Origin: Hydrurus foetidus
Lineage: Eukaryota
Direction: 5' to 3'
Assembly (NCBI GenBank): GCA_900617105.1
Contig: UYFQ01000001.1
Location: 3,720,001 to 3,784,000, forward strand
Length of the DNA stretch: 64,000 bases
The position numbers were made by a program, and so were the translations under genes. Positions 42,319 to 50,562 of the stretch are shown here, one piece after another; position 1 is the first letter of the stretch; each line of letters begins with the position of its first letter. Below the pieces are notes generated by a model. It did no database searches. It saw only the letters and a list, made by a program, of their open reading frames with translations, and was not told the DNA's origin.

Positions 42319-43872
42319 TCAGCTTTGCAAAAACAGCTGGTACGCCGGGTTGGCGGTTTCTTCCACATGCGGGTAGCCCACGGTAGCCAGGAATTTTTTA
42401 AACGATTTGTCGTCAACATCGGGCACCTGCAACCCAACCAAAATACGGCCAAAGTCCGCGCCCTGGTTTCGGTAATGGAACAAGCTGATGTTCCAGCCCG
42501 GCTGCATGGCGGCTAAAAACTTCATCAGCGCGCCGGGCCGCTCAGGGAACACAAAGCGCAGCAGCCGCTCGTTTTCCGATAGCGCGCTGTGCCCGCCCAC
42601 CATGTGCCGAATGTGCTCTTTGGCCAGCTCATCATGCGTCAGGTCTAGCGCCTTAAAGCCGTGGCGGGTAAAACTGCTGGCGATTTTCACGCTCTCGCCC
42701 TTAAACGTCGTCAGGCCCACAAACACATGCGCTTTGGCGCTGTCGCTGATGCGGTAATTGAATTCAGTCACGCTACGCTGGCCGCCCGGCAGCTCACCAA
42801 TCAGCTCGCAAAAGCGTTTGAAGCTGCCGCGCGCTTCAGGAATAGTCACTGCAAACAAGGCTTCGCGTTCTTCACCCACTTCAGCCCGTTCAGCCACAAA
42901 GCGCAGGCGGTCAAAGTTCATGTTGGCCCCGCACAGCACGGCGGCGTAGGTTTCGCCTTTGGTTTTGTTGGCGGCCACGTATTTTTTAATGGCCGCCACT
43001 GCCAGCGCGCCTGCGGGCTCGACGATGCTGCGGGTGTCTACAAACACGTCTTTAATCGCCGCGCACACGGCGTCGGTATCTACGGTCATGAATTCGTCAA
43101 CCAGCTCGCGGCTGATGCGAAAGGTTTCTTCGCCCACCAGCTTGACTGCCGTGCCGTCTGAAAACAGGCCCACGTCTGGCAACGTCACGCGCTTTTTCGC
43201 TGCTACCGATTGCATCATAGCGTCAGAGTCATTCATCTGCACGCCAATTATCTTGATGTCTGGGCGCAGCGCCTTGATGTAATTGGCCATGCCTGAAATC
43301 AAACCGCCGCCGCCGATGGCAATAAACACGGCATGCAGCGGCCCCGTGTGCTGGCGCAGCATTTCCATGGCAATCGTGCCTTGCCCGGCAATCACGTCGG
43401 GGTCGTCAAATGGGTGCACAAAGCTCAAGCCGCGTTTTTTACCCAGCGCTGACGCGTGGGTGTACGCGTCTGAATAACTGTCGCCAAACAAAACAACGTC
43501 GCCGCCGAGTGCCTTAACAGCATCAATTTTGAGCTGCGGCGTGGTGGTGGGCATCACAATCACGGCGGTGGTGCCCAGCTTTTGCGCAGACATCGCCACA
43601 CCCTGCGCGTGGTTGCCAGCAGATGCGCAAATCACGCCTTTTTTCAGCTGCGCCAGCGGCAAATTGGCCATTTTGTTGTACGCTCCGCGCAGCTTGAAGC
43701 TGAACACCGGCTGCTGGTCTTCACGCTTAAGCAGCACGGTGTTTTTTAGCCGGGCGCTCAGGTTTTTGGCGGGCTCGAGGTTCGACTCAATCGCCACGTC
43801 ATAGACCTTGGCAGTCAGGATTTTTTTCAGGTAGTCCGCTGGGGTGAGTTCGGTCGTTGGTTGTTTGGTCAT
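42319..43872 (-). CDS. ilvA: Biosynthetic threonine ammonia-lyase
   Basis: KRED.QPVFSFKLRGA, SAGNHAQGVA, GGGGLI, two ACT-like domains (FPERPGAL). Confidence 0.97.
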   Translation of the reverse strand: MTKQPTTELTPADYLKKILTAKVYDVAIESNLEPAKNLSARLKNTVLLKREDQQPVFSFKLRGAYNKMANLPLAQLKKGVICASAGNHAQGVAMSAQKLGTTAVIVMPTTTPQLKIDAVKALGGDVVLFGDSYSDAYTHASALGKKRGLSFVHPFDDPDVIAGQGTIAMEMLRQHTGPLHAVFIAIGGGGLISGMANYIKALRPDIKIIGVQMNDSDAMMQSVAAKKRVTLPDVGLFSDGTAVKLVGEETFRISRELVDEFMTVDTDAVCAAIKDVFVDTRSIVEPAGALAVAAIKKYVAANKTKGETYAAVLCGANMNFDRLRFVAERAEVGEEREALFAVTIPEARGSFKRFCELIGELPGGQRSVTEFNYRISDSAKAHVFVGLTTFKGESVKIASSFTRHGFKALDLTHDELAKEHIRHMVGGHSALSENERLLRFVFPERPGALMKFLAAMQPGWNISLFHYRNQGADFGRILVGLQVPDVDDKSFKKFLATVGYPHVEETANPAYQLFLQS

Positions 43873-43907
43873 TGTTTTCTCTCAGGCCTTGAATCATAGA
43901 GGCCAAG

Positions 43908-44007
43908 AAAAAAGGCCCAAACCGTGAGGTTTGGGCCTGTAAATCCACCCTTTAAGGAGGTGGAGGAGACAACTGGAAGACAATCAGGCGGTGAGGCTTT
44001 GTCGGTA
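43908..44007 (-). ncRNA. Betaproteobacteria toxic-sRNA-like small RNA (5' end estimated)
   Basis: Minus strand GTTGTCTCCTCCACCTCCTTAAAGGGTGGA followed by terminator GGCCCAAACC-TCAC-GGTTTGGGCCTTTTTT; candidate -10 TATACT at 44019-44014. Confidence 0.75.
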
Positions 44008-44113
44008 GAAACCAGTATAGCCACACTATGCTGCACTGCACAATACCCCAGAGCCAAAATTAGGGATTTGAGTCAATTCGGGCGGCTTACCGTCATCAAA
44101 AGGAGTTGTTTTT

Positions 44114-44584
44114 ATGGAATGCACAGTGAACTGGGCAGGGCCCGCCAGCGAGCAAGTCAACGCGGCTGGCCACGTATCAGGCATGTCGTTTGTGGCCACT
44201 ACAGGCAGCGGCTACACTTTAGCAATGGACGGCGCGCCAGATGCAACCAAGCCAGAAAACGGCGGCGCCAACCTGGCCCCGCGCCCCATGGAAACCGTGC
44301 TGGCAGGCACCGGCGGCTGCACCGCTTACGACGTGGTGTTGATCCTCAAGCGCGGCCGACACGACGTGCGCGGCTGCAGTGTCAAATTAACGTCAGTGCG
44401 CGCAGAAGTGGACCCCAAAGTGTTCAACAGCATTCACATGCATTTTGTGATCACAGGCAAAGCGCTGGCACCAAGCGCAGTAGAGCGCGCAATCGCCATG
44501 AGCCACGAAAAATATTGCTCAGCCACCATCATGCTGGGGAAAACGGCTGAGATTACAACCAGTTTTGAGGTTTTGGAGGTTTAA
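44114..44584 (+). CDS. OsmC/YhfA family protein
   Basis: PRPME.VL...GGCTAYDV, S.EKYCSA. Confidence 0.9.
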   Translation: MECTVNWAGPASEQVNAAGHVSGMSFVATTGSGYTLAMDGAPDATKPENGGANLAPRPMETVLAGTGGCTAYDVVLILKRGRHDVRGCSVKLTSVRAEVDPKVFNSIHMHFVITGKALAPSAVERAIAMSHEKYCSATIMLGKTAEITTSFEVLEV

Positions 44585-44598
44585 GGTAAATTACATCT

Positions 44599-44841
44599 AT
44601 GAGCACTATTACTTTTGGTTCATTAAAGCTTGCAGACAAGCTAAAGACAGCAGGCTTCACTGCCGAGCAAGCTGACGCAATCGTGCGCGTCATCGCTGAA
44701 GCTCAAGACGATTTGGTTACCAAGAAAGATTTGGATATTTCACTTGCGCCGCTCCGCTCAGACCTACTTGTTTTGAAATGGGCGGTCGGCTTGAACACCG
44801 CGCTTTGCTTGCTAATTTTGGGCAAGCTGTTTAACAACTAG
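44599..44841 (+). CDS. Small DUF1640/CCDC90-like protein
   Basis: KL..AGF..EQA.AI, LVTKKDL, LKW followed by a C-terminal TM helix. Confidence 0.7.
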   Translation: MSTITFGSLKLADKLKTAGFTAEQADAIVRVIAEAQDDLVTKKDLDISLAPLRSDLLVLKWAVGLNTALCLLILGKLFNN

Positions 44842-44855
44842 TTCCCCGTCTTATT

Positions 44856-44889
44856 CCCTCTCCCTCTGGGAGAGGGCTAGGGTGAGGGC
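44856..44889. repeat. CCCTCTCCC-GGGAGAGGG (BoxC-like) palindromic repeat
   Basis: CCCTCTCCCTCTGGGAGAGGGCTAGGGTGAGGGC. Confidence 0.75.
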
Positions 44890-44913
44890 TTCCCGGCCTC
44901 CTAATTTAGCCCT

Positions 44914-45555
44914 CTAAACCCGGTGCGCCACGGTAGTCATCACCTTAGCCGCAACCCCCATCAGCGCTTTAACCGGTGCTGGCAATTCAATAGCACCAGC
45001 CGCCTGCGCCTCCAGCGCGTGCCGCGCTTCGTCGCCCTTCATGTGCGACACAATCGCCCGTGATTCATGGTCGCCCGCAGGCAGGCGCTCCATGTGCTCG
45101 GCCAGGTGCGCCTCTACTTGCCGCTCAGTCTCCACCACAAAGCCCAGGCTGACTTTGTCACCCATTCGCGCAGCCAGCAAACCGAGTCCAAATGATCCGG
45201 CGTACCACAGCGGGTTCAGCAGGGAAGGGCGCGCGCCCAGCTCGTCTAGCCGCTGGCGCGTCCACGCCAGGTGGTCGCCTTCTTCTTTGCTGGCGTCTAA
45301 AAATTTCTTTTTCAATGCAGGGTCTTGCGTGCCCAGCGCTTGCGCAGCGTACAGCGCCTGCGCGCAAACCTCACCCACATGGTTGACCCGCATCAGCGCG
45401 CCCGCTAGCGCTTTTTCTGGCGCTGACAGCACCGTGGCGTCGCCCGCCACAGTAGGGCAGGGCCTGCTGGCAGGCGGCTTGGCAAACAGGGTGCGCAGGG
45501 CGTTGTCGGTGGTGGTGATGACTGATGAAAGGACAGTGTCTTGAGGATTTGTCAT
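44914..45555 (-). CDS. coq7: Demethoxyubiquinone hydroxylase Coq7
   Basis: [38 protein letters not shown] di-iron motifs. Confidence 0.95.
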   Translation of the reverse strand: MTNPQDTVLSSVITTTDNALRTLFAKPPASRPCPTVAGDATVLSAPEKALAGALMRVNHVGEVCAQALYAAQALGTQDPALKKKFLDASKEEGDHLAWTRQRLDELGARPSLLNPLWYAGSFGLGLLAARMGDKVSLGFVVETERQVEAHLAEHMERLPAGDHESRAIVSHMKGDEARHALEAQAAGAIELPAPVKALMGVAAKVMTTVAHRV

Positions 45556-45625
45556 GAGCTTTGGTACCCGTGTGGACGTTAAAAATACAGTAGCTTGAAA
45601 TTACTCTTAAGCGTAAACTAAAACT

Positions 45626-45862
45626 ATGGAAAACGTTGAAAATCTCATTCTTGAACACCTCAGAGCCATGCGCGCTGACTTAGCTGGCATCCGCGAAGAC
45701 ATGCAAGAAGTCAAGCAGCGCCTAAGCGGGCTTGAAGCTGGCGTAGGTGGTTTAAAACGCGATGCGGGTGATCTGTACACCGAAAACGCCAGCCAGCATG
45801 TGCGGTACGACCGTTTGGCAGCGAGGATTGAAAAAATAGAGCGACGGCTAGAGCTGAATTAA
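45626..45862 (+). CDS. Small coiled-coil hypothetical protein
   Basis: 78-aa heptad-rich ORF followed by a terminator. Confidence 0.7.
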   Translation: MENVENLILEHLRAMRADLAGIREDMQEVKQRLSGLEAGVGGLKRDAGDLYTENASQHVRYDRLAARIEKIERRLELN

Positions 45863-45875
45863 GAATTTCCACAAC

Positions 45876-45902
45876 AAAAAAGCCGCTAACAAGCGGCTTT
45901 TT
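45876..45902. terminator. Bidirectional terminator
   Basis: AAAAAAGCCGCT-AACA-AGCGGCTTTTT. Confidence 0.8.
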
Positions 45903-45923
45903 GCTGGCCGCCAACCGTCGAAT

Positions 45924-46169
45924 CTACCGGTGCAGAGGTGTGCGGGGCGTAACTGTTTTGCTGCCGACTTGACCGGCGGCGCGATTCATCCTTTTGCTAT
46001 CCAACATCGCCTGCACTTTCGCCATTACTTCGTCATGCGCAATAGTAGGTTTTTTGCTGTCCAAAGCCTCTTGCACCTTGGCGCGAAACCACGTGTCGTA
46101 GCTGTCGGCGTCTGCTTGCGTAGCAAACTCTGAAATTAACGGGTCAAGTTGTTTTGGCTGTGCGTTCAT
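45924..46169 (-). CDS. PaaA2/stability-determinant-like antitoxin, orphan
   Basis: LDP.ISEF.T...ADSYD.WFRAKVQEAL....P.I.HDEVMA; no intact toxin downstream. Confidence 0.75.
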   Translation of the reverse strand: MNAQPKQLDPLISEFATQADADSYDTWFRAKVQEALDSKKPTIAHDEVMAKVQAMLDSKRMNRAAGQVGSKTVTPRTPLHR

Positions 46170-46407
46170 TTCTCAAGGCCATCACAGCTAGCTGCGCAGT
46201 GAAAGCGCCCAATTTGTGCCCTGCTGCCAACAGTTGCCTTCCAGTTTGTTGCCTGCTTGCAACGAAAACGGCTTTTATGTGCATTCGTTGTCCATTTTCT
46301 TTGCCACAGTCGCTTTGGTCTGGTTCAATTACATCAACTTCCTAACGGAGGTTGGCCCGGGGGTCCAAATCCTGGAGCCCTATGTTTAACCTTGGAGAAA
46401 CTCTCAA

Positions 46408-47787
46408 ATGAAAAAATCCCTAATCGCATTGGCAGCACTCGCAGCCACCGGCGCATTCGCTCAGTCAAGCGTAACTCTGTATGGCCGCGCCGAAGCTGGT
46501 GCGGACGTTGGTTACAGCAGCAAGACTAATTTGACGGTAGTAACTGGTGCTTCAACCAACGGCGTCGTGACAGGCAGCGCCGTTACCACCAACACTACCT
46601 CGAAGCCAGGTTTCCGTTTGCAAGACGGTAACGATCAAGGCCAAGGCACTTCACGCATCGGCTTTCGCGGTACGGAAGATCTCGGTGGTGGTTTGAAAGC
46701 CAATTTCGTAATGGAAATGGGCGTTCGCATCGACGAAGGCTGCGTCAACGGCAATGGCGTGGGCGGTTCATGCACTTCTGGTAACAGTGGCGGTGGCGCT
46801 GCTGGCACGAACGCTCTGTTCGGTCGCGCGGCATGGGTTGGTTTGTCAGGTGGCTTTGGTGAAGTTCGCCTCGGTCGTCAAGTGTTGGGCTCGTTCGGCG
46901 TGCACGCCAACGGTTTGGCAGCAGGTGCAGCAAGCGGCTTGTACGAAGCTGGTGCAAATATTGTTCAAGGCGGTGTGCGCTTTTCTAACGCCATTCAGTA
47001 CCGCAGCCCAGACTTTGGCGGCATTTCAGGCACCATTTCATTGGCTGCACCTGAAGGCAAAACAGAGTCGGCTGCTAACAATACCAGCCTTACTGGTGTA
47101 GTGACCCCAGGTACTTCAACCAGCACCAGCCCAAAAACTGGAATTGATCTGTCAGTTGCTTACGCAAATGGTCCGATTTACGTTGGTTTTGGCTACAACC
47201 GTACAGGTGCTGCATCGGCATCAAACAATAACCAAGCTGGCCCAGTGCCGGCAAGCGTTGTTATTGGTGCTGATACAAAAGTTACTGATTACGCGATCAG
47301 CGCTTCGTACAACTTCGGTGTTGCTCAACCTTTCTTCAGCTACGTGAACCGCAAGAATGATGCTACCGGCTTCACAACAACCAATGGCGTCGTTGTCAGC
47401 GGTGTATCAGCTATTACTGGTGCGGGTACTGCATTGAACGGCAACAACACCAAATCACGTCAATACACCCTGGGTGTGAAAGTGCCAGTGGGCCCAGCTA
47501 CGTTGATCGCTGCTTACGGTAATTTGAAAGACACTGGTGGTTCTACGCTGACCAACGGCGGCGCGATTGTTAGCGCTAACACGGTCGAAGGTAAGACTAC
47601 CGCCTTCCAAGTTGGTGCCCAGTACCCATTGTCAAAGCGTACCACCCTGCAAGCTAACTACGGTATCAACAATCGTAAAATCCAGGGCGCAACTGTTACC
47701 GCTAACCCAACTGGTGGTACGGCAGTAGGTTTTGCTGGCGAAACCAAAGTCCGTGCTTTGAACTTCGGCGTTGCACACGCTTTCTAA
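46408..47787 (+). CDS. Gram-negative trimeric porin
   Basis: MKKSLIALAAL signal, SVTLYG, SRIGFRGTEDLGGGLKANF, Y.LSKRT, C-terminal Phe. Confidence 0.95.
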   Translation: MKKSLIALAALAATGAFAQSSVTLYGRAEAGADVGYSSKTNLTVVTGASTNGVVTGSAVTTNTTSKPGFRLQDGNDQGQGTSRIGFRGTEDLGGGLKANFVMEMGVRIDEGCVNGNGVGGSCTSGNSGGGAAGTNALFGRAAWVGLSGGFGEVRLGRQVLGSFGVHANGLAAGAASGLYEAGANIVQGGVRFSNAIQYRSPDFGGISGTISLAAPEGKTESAANNTSLTGVVTPGTSTSTSPKTGIDLSVAYANGPIYVGFGYNRTGAASASNNNQAGPVPASVVIGADTKVTDYAISASYNFGVAQPFFSYVNRKNDATGFTTTNGVVVSGVSAITGAGTALNGNNTKSRQYTLGVKVPVGPATLIAAYGNLKDTGGSTLTNGGAIVSANTVEGKTTAFQVGAQYPLSKRTTLQANYGINNRKIQGATVTANPTGGTAVGFAGETKVRALNFGVAHAF

Positions 47788-47826
47788 TTTAAGGCTGGCG
47801 TAGGCCAGCTTTGAGTTTAGATTTAT

Positions 47827-47861
47827 AAAAACCGCCCTGCTGCAAAGCCGGGCGGTTTTTT
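47827..47861 (+). terminator. Rho-independent terminator after the porin
   Basis: AAAAACCGCCC...GGGCGGTTTTTT. Confidence 0.8.
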
Positions 47862-47911
47862 AATGCTCGTTTGGTCTTGTTGTTGACGCCGGTTTTCGCT
47901 ATCTTTTGTTT

Positions 47912-48679
47912 ATGAAGCCTCAATTTTTTAGCCACTACCCAATTTGGTTTTCTTTGCTGGCCGCACTTTTGTTAAGCGCATGTGCAGCTCCCAAGCCAGC
48001 TGACGATCATGGCAGTGCCATTGCAGCCAACCCGTGGGCATTGGCTTCATGCGAAGCACCCGGCGCGGGTGCGTGGTCTACCTACCGGCTGCCGGGGAAA
48101 AAGCCGAGTGAGTTCAACTACCAGTTGGTCGACGGCCGTGCGGCTATGGCGGCCACGGCGAAAGCGTCTGCCAGCGCGCTGCGCCGCACGGTGCGTGTAG
48201 AGCCAGCTGACTTGGGCAGCGTCAAGTTTTCGTGGAAGCTGCCGGGCTTGATTCAATACGCGGATTTGGCGAATAAAGAATTTGATGATTCTCCTGTGCG
48301 CGTGGTTTTGGCGTTTGAGGGTGACCGCAGCAAATTTTCAAGTAAAAACGCCATGTTGTCTGAGCTGGCCTTGCTGCTAACCGGCGACGAGCTGCCCTAC
48401 GCCACGCTGATGTACGTGTGGTGCAATGCCTGCGAGGCGAATTCAGTCATCATGAACCCGCGCACTGACCGTATTCGCAAATTACCGCTTGAATCTGGCC
48501 CGGCAAAGTTAAACCGCTGGCTGGACTACGAGCGAGATGTGCGCCGTGACTTTGAAAAAGCCTTCGGTGAAGCGCCCGGCGCGCTGACCAGCGTGTCGAT
48601 CATGACCGACAGCGACAACACCGCCAGCCTGGCCAAAGCCTGGTACGGCCCAGTTACGTTGACGCTACGAAAACCGTAG
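47912..48679 (+). CDS. DUF3047-family lipoprotein
   Basis: Lipobox LSAC; DDSPVRV, LMYVW, IMTDSDNT. Confidence 0.8.
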   Translation: MKPQFFSHYPIWFSLLAALLLSACAAPKPADDHGSAIAANPWALASCEAPGAGAWSTYRLPGKKPSEFNYQLVDGRAAMAATAKASASALRRTVRVEPADLGSVKFSWKLPGLIQYADLANKEFDDSPVRVVLAFEGDRSKFSSKNAMLSELALLLTGDELPYATLMYVWCNACEANSVIMNPRTDRIRKLPLESGPAKLNRWLDYERDVRRDFEKAFGEAPGALTSVSIMTDSDNTASLAKAWYGPVTLTLRKP

Positions 48680-48780
48680 CAGCCCGTGGCGGCGCGTGGT
48701 AACGGCGCCAAAGCAGCATACCTAAAGTACCCTGCAATCAATCTGCAGGGGTAAGCCGGAGTCGCTTTACTCCAAGCTCG

Positions 48781-48808
48781 ATACAATGAATGCGTGTATT
48801 CAATGTAT
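48781..48808. promoter_or_regulatory. Probable autoregulatory operator of the relBE-type module
   Basis: Imperfect inverted repeat ATACAATGAATGC-GT-GTATTCAATGTAT just upstream of the antitoxin RBS. Confidence 0.6.
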
Positions 48809-48825
48809 TTTTAAAGGAGCAGCAC

Positions 48826-49053
48826 ATGGCAACTTCAATCAGGTTAGACCCCGCCATTGAGCAACGGCTTGACCGGTTGGCGCAAATGACCGGCCGCACC
48901 AAAGCGTATTACCTGCGCGAGCTGGTTGAGGCCGGCTTGGATGACTTGGAAGACCTCTACATTGCCGAGCAGCGTTTGATTGACATCCGGGCAGGGCGCA
49001 GTGAAACAGTGAGTCTGGAAGCCGTGATGAAGCGTTATGACCTGGGCCATTGA
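48826..49053 (+). CDS. RHH (RelB/CopG-like) antitoxin
   Basis: AAGGAG RBS; MATSIRLD...RL..LA..TGRTKAYY.RE...LEDLY.A. Confidence 0.88.
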   Translation: MATSIRLDPAIEQRLDRLAQMTGRTKAYYLRELVEAGLDDLEDLYIAEQRLIDIRAGRSETVSLEAVMKRYDLGH

Positions 49054-49306
49054 GTTAGACCGTGCCGCAGAGCGAGAGCTCGACAAACTCGACCCCCCAG
49101 TCGCGCGGCGGATCTTGGCTTTTCTTTACGGCCGGCTTGCGCAGATAGAAGACCCGCGCAGCATTGGCGAGGCATTGACTGGTGCAAAGCTTGGCAGTTT
49201 CTGGAAGTACCGCGTTGGGGACTATCGGTTGATCAGCAGCATTGAAGACAATACGCTGGTGATATTGGTGGTGAGAATCGGAAACCGGCGCGACGTGTAC
49301 CAGTAG
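49037..49306 (+). CDS. RelE/ParE family toxin
   Basis: A.REL.KLD, DPRSIGEAL.G, WKYRVGDYR, IGNRRDVY; overlaps the antitoxin. Confidence 0.9.
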   Translation: MTWAIELDRAAERELDKLDPPVARRILAFLYGRLAQIEDPRSIGEALTGAKLGSFWKYRVGDYRLISSIEDNTLVILVVRIGNRRDVYQ

Positions 49307-49335
49307 CAAAACCAAGGTTGGCTGGCGCTGAAAAC

Positions 49336-49384
49336 GCTATTAATATAATAGCTGCTCGCGCCCGTAATAATTGCGCCTAAGGCT
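49336..49384 (+). repeat. GCTAT-N7-ATAGC palindromic repeat, intergenic
   Basis: GCTATTAATATAATAGCTGCTCGCGCCCGTAATAATTGCGCCTAAGGC. Confidence 0.88.
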
Positions 49385-49419
49385 TATTTGGCACCAAATC
49401 CGCAACTGAAACCTGCTTT

Positions 49420-49533
49420 TTACTCCTTCCCCTTCCGGGGGAAGGTTGGGATGGGGGCACGCGCGGTACTGGCAATTGCTCTGCACATGCCCCCACCCCC
49501 GCCCTCCCCCTCCCCCGGCAGGGGAGGGAGTAA
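49420..49533. repeat. Inverted pair of BoxC-like repeats (REPIN/MITE-like)
   Basis: TTACTCCTTCCCC..GGGGAAGGTTGGGATGGGGGCA, spacer, TGCCCCCACCCC..GGGGAGGGAGTAA. Confidence 0.75.
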
Positions 49534-49563
49534 GACAACATCAACCTGAATAGCTACAAAAAT

Positions 49564-50421
49564 TCAAGCGTAGCGCTTGCTGCGCAAATTATTTTTCATC
49601 TCTTTAAGCAGCGGCTGCAGCTTGCCGCCAATTCGCAGCGCCAGGCAGGTTGCCAAAATATCCACAATCATCAAGTGCAGCAGGCGCGACACCATCGGGC
49701 TGTAGCGGTCGTAGCCTTCAGGGTGGTCAGCCGCCAAATGAATGTGCCCGGCCTCTTTAGCCAAATGCGCCAACGGTGAGCCACTGGCGGTAATCACAAT
49801 CGTCGTTGCGCCGTTTTTCCGCGCAATGTCGCAAGCGTCCATCAAATCACGGGTACGGCCCGAGTTTGAAATCACGATCAAGCAATCCCCCGCGCCCAGC
49901 ATGGACGCGCTCATCACCTGCATGTGCCCGTCGCTGTAGGCAATGGTGTTGACACCCAGGCGAAAGAACTTGTGCTGCGCGTCTTGCGCCACGATGCCCG
50001 AGTTGCCCACGCCGTAAAACTCGATTCGCTTGCCATTTGCGGCGGCCGCCGCCAGTGCATCAGTGGCTTTTTGAATGGCAAACGATGACGCGTCGTTGCG
50101 GTACTTCAAAAACGCCGCCACCGTGTTGTCAATAACCTTGACCATCACGTCAGCGGTTTTGTCGTCAACATCAACGCTGCGGTGCACAAACGGCACGCCT
50201 TCGCTTACGCTGCCCGCCAGTTTGAGCTTGAAGTCACTCAGGCCGTCGTAACCCACGCTGCGGCAAAACCGCACCACGGTGGGTTTGCTGACGTGGGCCC
50301 GATCGGCTAGCTCGGTAATGGGCAGGTTGGCGAATGCGCGCGGGTCGGCTAAAACGAGCTTGCCTACGCGTTGCTCGGCTGGGGCGAGGGACGCCAAAGA
50401 TGCCTTGATTCGGTCAAGCAT
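49564..50421 (-). CDS. hexR: RpiR-family regulator HexR
   Basis: Begins MLDRIKASL at 50421; HTH VSKPTVVRFCR, SIS domain; downstream of zwf. Confidence 0.9.
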   Translation of the reverse strand: MLDRIKASLASLAPAEQRVGKLVLADPRAFANLPITELADRAHVSKPTVVRFCRSVGYDGLSDFKLKLAGSVSEGVPFVHRSVDVDDKTADVMVKVIDNTVAAFLKYRNDASSFAIQKATDALAAAAANGKRIEFYGVGNSGIVAQDAQHKFFRLGVNTIAYSDGHMQVMSASMLGAGDCLIVISNSGRTRDLMDACDIARKNGATTIVITASGSPLAHLAKEAGHIHLAADHPEGYDRYSPMVSRLLHLMIVDILATCLALRIGGKLQPLLKEMKNNLRSKRYA

Positions 50422-50437
50422 CTCGAACTTTCTGGAC

Positions 50438-50556
50438 TTGCTCCCTCTCCTTCCGGGGGAAGGCTGGGATGGGGGCTCTTGGCATGGTGGAAAGGGGCAA
50501 GAATTGATCTTGTGCTTGCCCCCATCCCTGCCTTCCCCCAAGAGGAGAAGGAGTAA
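50438..50556. repeat. Second inverted pair of BoxC-like repeats
   Basis: TTGCTCCCTCTCC..GGGGAAGGCTGGGATGGGGGC, spacer, GCCCCCATCCC..GAAGGAGTAA. Confidence 0.75.
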
Positions 50557-50562
50557 ATGCGC

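Noticed and set aside
50422..50541. 40-aa N-terminal extension of HexR
   Set aside because: It is the translation of the BoxC-like doublet; RpiR homology begins at MLDRIK (50421)
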